Source: Candidatus Thorarchaeota archaeon (GTDB taxonomy: Archaea > Asgardarchaeota > Thorarchaeia > Thorarchaeales > Thorarchaeaceae). From it: a stretch of DNA of 44,148 bases. Below are positions 38,477 to 44,148 of this stretch, one piece after another (position 1 is the first letter of the stretch; the number at the start of each line of letters is the position of its first letter). The notes beneath the pieces were generated by a model. The model was not told the origin of the DNA. It worked only from the letters and a program-made list of their open reading frames with translations, and searched no databases. The translations under genes and the position numbers were made by a program. The stretch lies in the NCBI GenBank assembly GCA_048884925.1, contig JBHLQK010000002.1, positions 1-44,148 of the forward strand, written 5' to 3'.

Positions 38477-38554
38477 GGGGCCGTAGTCTAGCCTGGATAA
38501 GGCACCAGCCTGCGGAGTTGGTAATCCCCGGTTCGAATCCGGGCGGTCCCGCCA
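38477..38554 (+). tRNA. tRNA-Arg (anticodon GCG), CCA encoded
   Basis: Same cloverleaf as the first tRNA. It differs only at position 34 (G instead of C; loop CTGCGGA) and in four variable-loop bases (TAATC instead of GTTTC). Confidence 0.9.
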
Positions 38555-38654
38555 TTATTCCTCATTCCTTTTATCTTCGGCGTGAAGCTTAAATGAGCGT
38601 GAAATTCGACAAATATGCTAGTCTTGTTATTAAAAGACAGCTATTCTGATTGAG

Positions 38655-39791
38655 ATGCGTGTAATGCAGTTTACCCCACAGAGACTCGAACGAGTCCATC
38701 GGTCTATGAAGAGCGAGAACGTGGAGGCTCTTCTAGTGACAAGGAGGCAGGACGTTCGATATCTAACAGGTTATGAGAGTCCTACCAATACACTCCCAAC
38801 AGGGTGCGTAATAATTGTTGATGAACAGCCACAGCTAGTGCTGTCTAATCTGCAGCATGAAGCTCTAGGCCAAGAATCCATTATGGCTCGTGTTCATACA
38901 TTGGACGATAGGCCCTTCGATGAGTGGGGACTCTATCGTAGCTCGATGTTCTGGGACCTAATAATTAAGATTCTCGAGGATTCCGGAGTACAGAACAGTA
39001 TGATTGGTCTGCAGCAAGAGCGGCTGTCTGTCAAAGAGTTCGAGCATCTCAAGACTAAGATTCCTAGAGCTGGCTTCAGAGATCTGTCGTCCTTGCTATG
39101 GAGACTCAGACAGGTCAAAGATGATGCAGAAATTGAGGCAATTCGCAAAGCAGTAAAGGTAGCTGAGATCGGGATTAGGACTGCTCTTGAAATCATCACC
39201 CCCGGAAAGACAGAGGCAGATGCATCTGTTGAGATTGAGGCTGCAATGAGGTCTGCTGGTGGTCAGCCAAGAGGCATCAGAGCAGCAGTATTGTCAGGAA
39301 AACGTGGAAGATTCCCCTTTGCCCAACCCACCGCCAGTAGGATTGGTGGAAATGAACCAGTCGTCATCGATGCGACCGTCAGTGAATCAGGATATTTCGC
39401 GGAGGTTGCCAGAACGTTGCATACTGGTGTACCAACAGAACCTCAACAAAAGGCGTATGACGCCGTTTTGCGGGCTTGCAAAGCTGCTGAGGACAAAATG
39501 GCAGCTGGCACGAATGTTTCAGATATCTATGGAAGAGTAGCAAAGAAACTTGGCAAGAAAACACCCATCGTTAGATTTCTACAACCTCTTGGGAACTCAA
39601 TTGGTTTGGACCTGCAAGAACCTCCGCTAATGGTGTCTTTCAGCAAGGCTTCTCTAAGAGAAGGAATGGTTGTGTCTCTTCACCCTACATATTATCATGA
39701 GGGGGTCGGTGCTGCAAAACTCGCTGATATGCTTCTAATCACTTCTAAGGGATATGAGAATCTTTCAACAATAACCAGGGAAACGATGTGA
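38655..39791 (+). CDS. M24 (creatinase/prolidase 'pita-bread') family protein with degenerate metal ligands
   Basis: N-terminal creatinase-like domain and LRQVKDDAEIEAIRKAVKVAE. The ligand positions read IDATVSESGYFAEVARTL, LGNSIGLDLQEPP, VVSLHPTYY and AKLADMLLIT, instead of D/D, H, E and E. Confidence 0.8.
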   Translation: MRVMQFTPQRLERVHRSMKSENVEALLVTRRQDVRYLTGYESPTNTLPTGCVIIVDEQPQLVLSNLQHEALGQESIMARVHTLDDRPFDEWGLYRSSMFWDLIIKILEDSGVQNSMIGLQQERLSVKEFEHLKTKIPRAGFRDLSSLLWRLRQVKDDAEIEAIRKAVKVAEIGIRTALEIITPGKTEADASVEIEAAMRSAGGQPRGIRAAVLSGKRGRFPFAQPTASRIGGNEPVVIDATVSESGYFAEVARTLHTGVPTEPQQKAYDAVLRACKAAEDKMAAGTNVSDIYGRVAKKLGKKTPIVRFLQPLGNSIGLDLQEPPLMVSFSKASLREGMVVSLHPTYYHEGVGAAKLADMLLITSKGYENLSTITRETM

Positions 39792-39792
39792 T

Positions 39793-40326
39793 TCATGGTG
39801 CAATTTGCCATCTCTTAAGTTTCCTAAAGACCTGCGAGATAGTCTCTGCTCTTGCAGCTTGCTTCTCCACTTCTTCCCTAGAGAGCTCTCGAATTTGAGA
39901 CGCCGGCACTCCTGAATTGAGGCTCCTTGGAGGTATCACCACATTGGCGGGGATAATACTACCCGGAGCAAGCATAATTCCTTCGCCGAGTGTAGCCCCA
40001 TCAAAAATTACACATCCTTCTCCCACGTTCGCATAGTCTCCTATGTAAACGCCATGAATAACAGATGCACTCCCAATGATGCTCAAGTTCCCGATAATTG
40101 CTGGATTCTCTTCTGTGTGGGCATGAATCACTACACTGTCCTGAACGCAGGTGTTCTCTCCTATGCGGACTGAAGCATGATCGCCTCTTATCACAGCTCC
40201 GGGCCAAATGTTTACGCCAGAACCGATTTCGACATCGCCAACTATTGTGGCCTGCTCACTAACATATGCATGAGAATCAATTTTCGGAGTCTTATCACCA
40301 AAAGGAAGGACTGGCAGTTTCTCCAC
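39793..40326 (-). CDS. gamma-carbonic-anhydrase-like / hexapeptide (left-handed beta-helix) protein
   Basis: Hexapeptide repeats: IWPGAVIRGDHASVRIGENTCVQDSVVIHA...IIGSASVIHG. The usual GH before the last His appears to be GS. GTG start. Confidence 0.8.
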   Translation of the reverse strand: MEKLPVLPFGDKTPKIDSHAYVSEQATIVGDVEIGSGVNIWPGAVIRGDHASVRIGENTCVQDSVVIHAHTEENPAIIGNLSIIGSASVIHGVYIGDYANVGEGCVIFDGATLGEGIMLAPGSIIPANVVIPPRSLNSGVPASQIRELSREEVEKQAARAETISQVFRKLKRWQIAP

Positions 40327-40388
40327 CTCACCAGACTAGTTGATGACTACACGAATATAAAACATCACATGACATTTGCTTGTGGAAT

Positions 40389-40772
40389 TCAGTTTCCGAA
40401 TATCTGTTGAATCACTGCTTCAAAATGCCAAGCTGGTCTCTTTCCTATCAATCGATTAGTTTTCTTATTGAGACGACCACTTGGATCATCGAATTCTACA
40501 GGCTCGCCATCAAGAAATACCAGGATGCAAGGTAATCCAAAAATGTCGTGTTTGAAACCGTATTCAGGAGATTCTTGGACGTTTATCTGGATAAATGCGA
40601 TATCAGGATTGTCACTATATTTTTCATCAAGGTCATCTAATATCTGCGCAAGCGCTTTGCAGGGCTCACACCAAGGTGCCCAGCAATCCACGAAGGTGAG
40701 CCTCGATTCAGCTATGACATAATCAATGTCATCGATAGTGACCTCACGAACCAATAGAATCTCTCCGCGCAA
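40389..40772 (-). CDS. thioredoxin-family protein (active site WCEPC)
   Basis: FVDCWAPWCEPCKAL...GLPCILVF. There is no in-frame ATG, so the start is TTG. Confidence 0.8.
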   Translation of the reverse strand: MRGEILLVREVTIDDIDYVIAESRLTFVDCWAPWCEPCKALAQILDDLDEKYSDNPDIAFIQINVQESPEYGFKHDIFGLPCILVFLDGEPVEFDDPSGRLNKKTNRLIGKRPAWHFEAVIQQIFGN

Positions 40773-40881
40773 TGGCCTCAGTTAATGAAGTCCCTATGAA
40801 TCTTGCTGCAAATATATGTGATTAGAAATAGAAGTAGCCCGGTAGAACCCATTTGATCCAACCGGATATGTGGCTCTAAGT

Positions 40882-41232
40882 TTAGGCAAGTAGTTCTTCC
40901 ACAATCTGTGTGTACACTTCTACCGGCATGACTCCTACGAGTCGATCGACTTTTCTGCCTGCACCATCGTCAAAGACGACACGCTTGCCCTCACTGTAGA
41001 CGAAAACGCTTGGAACCCCTGTGACGCGATTGGTCATGCTGAATTCTCTATTATGATCCACATCCAGCTTGACAACTTTGAACCCTTTGTCCGAGTACTT
41101 TTCATCCAATTCTTCAAGGATTGGTGATAGTGTCCGGCAAGGGCCACACCAGACTGCGTGGCAGTCTAGAAAAACGACCTTGTTGTCGCTTACAACCTTT
41201 TCTAGTTGCTCTGAATTAATCTCTTCAACCAT
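40882..41232 (-). CDS. thioredoxin (active site WCGPC)
   Basis: FLDCHAVWCGPCRTLSPILEEL...GVPSVFVY. ATG at 41232 (MVEEINSEQ). Confidence 0.85.
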   Translation of the reverse strand: MVEEINSEQLEKVVSDNKVVFLDCHAVWCGPCRTLSPILEELDEKYSDKGFKVVKLDVDHNREFSMTNRVTGVPSVFVYSEGKRVVFDDGAGRKVDRLVGVMPVEVYTQIVEELLA

Positions 41233-41375
41233 GTAACTGTCATCTCCCTGCAAACAGAGCGATTGTGCATTGTGAACGAACAACCGTTAAAAGTCTTGCT
41301 GTGTTTGCAGAAGGCCTTCCTCCTGCCAAAGTTTGATAAGTTTAGTACAATGAAGTCGCAAGAACGGTGTCTATT

Positions 41376-44024
41376 ATGCCAGTACTCCACTGCCCAAAGT
41401 GCGGCTCAAAGCTCTACATCAAGAAGGGCGGGCATATATGGACAGTGAGATGCTCAACCTGCCAGGTTGAGATACTTGAGGATGGCCGTCGGAAGGATCT
41501 TTTCGATGCATACGACTCTTATTCAAAGGCAGTGAAGAGTGGCACAACAAAGCCAACTTCTAGAGATAAATCCAGAACACGGAAAAGGGCTTCTGGGATA
41601 ACTGAATCCTCACCTAGCTCTGCAGGTTCCAGACGTGCCAGAAGATTAAGGGTTCAGTCTGAAGAGGAGGTTGCACGATTAGTAGAAGAGGGTGGAGCTA
41701 GGATTGACACAATTTCTGATTCGGTGCAATCAATTATTGGGGGTGGGCAGGACTATCTTGTGAAGTATAGGTTTATGCCATCCACTGATGCCGAGTATGG
41801 TAGGAATCTCGAAGCAACAAAGATACCCACAAGGCTGAGAAATCTATTGGCTAAGAAAGGAATGACACAGCTATATCGGTTTCAGGACGAATCCTACGAG
41901 GCCATTATTGCTGGGGAGGATGTTGTCATTGCAGCTCCAACGGCTCAGGGCAAAACTGAGGCTTTCATTCTCCCAATCATCCGCAGGATGCTAATAACAA
42001 TCAAGGACTCATTTGTGGACCCAGGAATCAGAGCCTTGCTGATATATCCCACAAAGGCTTTAGCTCGGGATCAGTACGACAAGATTGTTGAGATGTGCAA
42101 GGCGTCGGGAGTGACTGTGGGCATCTTTGATGGCGATGTTTCTCAGAGTCAGAGAAGCAGAATCTACTCAGCCCCTCCTGATATCCTGCTCACCAATCCT
42201 GATGTTCTTCACTACCATCTTGGATGGTCAAGTTCACGCTTGGTCCCACTCCTGCGTACAGTACGATATGTAGTCCTAGATGAAATACATCTCTACACGG
42301 GGTCCATGGGCGCCAATGTCTATTATATCCTGAAACGTCTTGAGCTTGAAGCAGGCGAGTTTCAGAAGATAGGCGCTTCAGCCACCATCTCCAATCCAAA
42401 GGAGTTTGCTGACCAATTATTCGACACCGAAGTACGCTTGATTGAGTCCGTGAGCGCAAAACGGGGTCCCATCCATTTCACCATGTTCTACCCGGGTGAC
42501 CGAAGTAAATACAGCATGATTGTGGATATAGTTAGGAGGCTGCAAGAGGGTGGGTTCAAGACTCTGGTGTTCGGGAACACTCACTCCGAGGCTGAAGTCC
42601 TGAATATGCTCATCAGGGATACAGGTGTCCGATCTATGGTCCATAGAGCAGGCCTCACCAAGAAGTACCGAAGTCAAGTCGAATCTCAGTTTAAGTCCGG
42701 GGACCTTCAATGTCTGGTTTCCACTCCCACTCTTGAGCTAGGGATAGACATTGGCGATCTCGATAGTGTCGTGAGTATGATTGTATCTATTACTCGTCTC
42801 ACTCAAAGGATAGGTCGCGCAGGTAGGAAAGGTCAGGAAAGTGTCGCAGTCCTTGCCCTCCGAGAAAGAGATCCGATTTCATCTTTCTATAGGCATGAGC
42901 CTGAGAAGTACTTCACAGATATAGACGCAGCGTACATGGAACCTGATAATGAGGTAGTCGGATTCTATCAGCTCATCGCTGCAGCTATGAGTGGGAAACT
43001 GAATGCATCGATGTTTCCTCGGCAGAAGAGAATTATAGATAATCTGGTAGAGAATGGTCTCGTAAGAGTAGAGAATGACGGCAGGGTGCGTATTGCAGAT
43101 TTTGAGTCTGCACAGAAGAAATGGAGGGGCTACAGTATCCGAGGAATCGGTGACACCGTCCAGATCAAGTCGGATAGGAAGACTCTGGGTGAAAGGTCAA
43201 TGCCGATGGCTGCACAGGAATTACATCCGGGTGCAATCTACTTGCACGGCGGCCGTAACTATATGTCAGTAGACTTCCGTTATACTCCCGGCTTTGGAAG
43301 AGCCAAAGTCGTTCCATTTCAGGACCGAAGCGTGCATACGAAACCATTGTATTCAACAATGCCGCAGATAGTGGAGATATTGGATGAGCAGATGGTTCTC
43401 GGAATGAAGGCAGTCTACTGCTCGCTTGAGATGACTCAGACTGTTTATGGCTACGTAAGAAAGGAAACCAGATCGGGCAATGTCGTCGGGAGGTCTGATT
43501 TGACCACCCCTCTCATCTATAAATATACAACTCGAGGATTTGCGTTTGGTGCCCCTGAGCCTCTAAAGACCGTCAATGAGTACATTGACGGCAGACTCCC
43601 CGGTGCGAAAGAGGTCCGGATGGGGCCAGCTGAACTCTATGGCGGGTCTTTTCATGCACTAGAACATGTCGTAATTGAGTCAAGCGACATGCTTACTGGT
43701 GGCAGCACGAGAGAGATTGGTGGAGTATCAATGGGTGACTCAGGCATCATCTTTGTCTATGACGGAAGTCCTGGAGGAAATGGGGCATCAAAGCTACTCT
43801 TCACCCGGCTTAATGAGGCATTCAAACGTACAAAGACAATCCTAGAAAAGTGTGATTGCAGGACTATTGATGGATGTCCTCTTTGTACCTACTCATATCA
43901 ATGCGGAAATAACAACAGGCCTCTCTTCAAGCTCGGCGCTTTAGAGAGTGTGGATTTGATTCTTGGGAATGCCAAGACAGAGGTTGATACAAAGGGTTAT
44001 GCGGGATACGAACCGCTTGTATAG
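41376..44024 (+). CDS. DEAD/DEAH-box (DExH) helicase with N-terminal zinc ribbon and C-terminal DUF1998-type Cys cluster
   Basis: N-terminal CPKCG...CSTC, a Ser/Arg/Lys-rich linker, motif I APTAQGKTEAF, motif II VLDEIH, motif III GASAT, motif VI QRIGRAGRKG, C-terminal CDCRTIDGCPLCTYSYQCGNNN. ATG 41376; GTG 41367 is also possible. Confidence 0.85.
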   Translation: MPVLHCPKCGSKLYIKKGGHIWTVRCSTCQVEILEDGRRKDLFDAYDSYSKAVKSGTTKPTSRDKSRTRKRASGITESSPSSAGSRRARRLRVQSEEEVARLVEEGGARIDTISDSVQSIIGGGQDYLVKYRFMPSTDAEYGRNLEATKIPTRLRNLLAKKGMTQLYRFQDESYEAIIAGEDVVIAAPTAQGKTEAFILPIIRRMLITIKDSFVDPGIRALLIYPTKALARDQYDKIVEMCKASGVTVGIFDGDVSQSQRSRIYSAPPDILLTNPDVLHYHLGWSSSRLVPLLRTVRYVVLDEIHLYTGSMGANVYYILKRLELEAGEFQKIGASATISNPKEFADQLFDTEVRLIESVSAKRGPIHFTMFYPGDRSKYSMIVDIVRRLQEGGFKTLVFGNTHSEAEVLNMLIRDTGVRSMVHRAGLTKKYRSQVESQFKSGDLQCLVSTPTLELGIDIGDLDSVVSMIVSITRLTQRIGRAGRKGQESVAVLALRERDPISSFYRHEPEKYFTDIDAAYMEPDNEVVGFYQLIAAAMSGKLNASMFPRQKRIIDNLVENGLVRVENDGRVRIADFESAQKKWRGYSIRGIGDTVQIKSDRKTLGERSMPMAAQELHPGAIYLHGGRNYMSVDFRYTPGFGRAKVVPFQDRSVHTKPLYSTMPQIVEILDEQMVLGMKAVYCSLEMTQTVYGYVRKETRSGNVVGRSDLTTPLIYKYTTRGFAFGAPEPLKTVNEYIDGRLPGAKEVRMGPAELYGGSFHALEHVVIESSDMLTGGSTREIGGVSMGDSGIIFVYDGSPGGNGASKLLFTRLNEAFKRTKTILEKCDCRTIDGCPLCTYSYQCGNNNRPLFKLGALESVDLILGNAKTEVDTKGYAGYEPLV

Positions 44025-44039
44025 AAAGAGGTGACCGAA

Positions 44040-44148
44040 ATGACCGAGTTCTTGATTGCTAGGGGCCACGACGGACCTGCTCGCATGGGCTCCTATTCTA
44101 TGGGTGATATAGCAATCAGCACACCAGTCTTGGTAGGGCCCGCACATG
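44040..44148 (+). CDS. tRNA-guanine transglycosylase family protein, N-terminal fragment (continues past window)
   Basis: MTEFLIARGHDGPARMGSYSMGDIAISTPVLVGPAH fits the TGT N-terminus pattern F-x-I...DG.AR.G......I.TP. GAGGTGA SD at 44028-44034, 5 nt before the ATG and 15 nt after the helicase stop. Confidence 0.55.
   Translation, partial: MTEFLIARGHDGPARMGSYSMGDIAISTPVLVGPAH

Noticed and set aside
37794-38554. Near-identical tRNA genes as att sites of an integrated element
   Set aside because: Both tRNAs are full length, fold correctly, have their own TATA boxes and carry different anticodons, so they are genuine isoacceptors. The intervening ~600 bp encodes no integrase or other mobile-element gene.
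38555-38654. Possible small RNA in the 100-nt gap after tRNA-Arg(GCG)
   Set aside because: It is AT-rich with no stable stem or recognisable box motifs. It is more likely the tRNA terminator and the promoter of the M24 gene.
1-44148. CRISPR arrays, IS elements, integrases, prophage or toxin-antitoxin modules
   Set aside because: There are no regularly spaced direct repeats, no transposase or integrase-like ORFs, and no terminal inverted repeats. The two RHH proteins lack an adjacent toxin-like partner.

Overview
The window reads as a gene-dense (about 90% coding) stretch of an archaeal chromosome, moderate GC by eye. Archaeal assignment rests on several markers:
- primase large subunit PriL
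- ABCE1/RLI with its N-terminal 4Fe-4S domain
- class V fructose-1,6-bisphosphate aldolase/phosphatase
- the short archaeal form of triosephosphate isomerase
- a TGT-family gene at the 3' edge
- two tRNA-Arg genes with TATA boxes about 27 nt upstream
- GGTGA-type Shine-Dalgarno sites and frequent TTG/GTG starts

I support about 50 CDS, 2 tRNAs and a few promoter or palindrome elements. I saw no CRISPR array, transposase, integrase, rRNA or obvious prophage or defence island. The region is mostly housekeeping and metabolism: gluconeogenesis, nucleoside salvage, redox, DNA repair and ribosome recycling.

No single clearly novel multi-gene system stands out. The observations most worth follow-up are:
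1. A tRNA-Arg(CCG)/tRNA-Arg(GCG) pair brackets two paralogous micro-ORFs of about 60 aa. These are under apparent purifying selection, and one is interrupted by an in-frame TGA.
2. A translationally coupled four-gene ABC module runs ATPase, then two FtsX-type permeases of about 970 aa, then a second ATPase. The second ATPase carries a C-terminal AbrB-like domain plus a zinc ribbon.
3. A Zn-ribbon/DExH/DUF1998-type helicase is SD-coupled to a TGT-family gene.
4. An overlapping-gene operon encodes a Cys-cluster protein, a PHP phosphoesterase, an amidohydrolase and a Mut7-C nuclease.
5. Several enzymes have degenerate catalytic motifs, namely the M24 'pita-bread' protein, NIF3 and a HAD hydrolase.
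6. One protein is bipolar, with a Lys-rich half and an acidic-repeat half.

All family calls come from motif recognition by eye. None has been verified by a database search.
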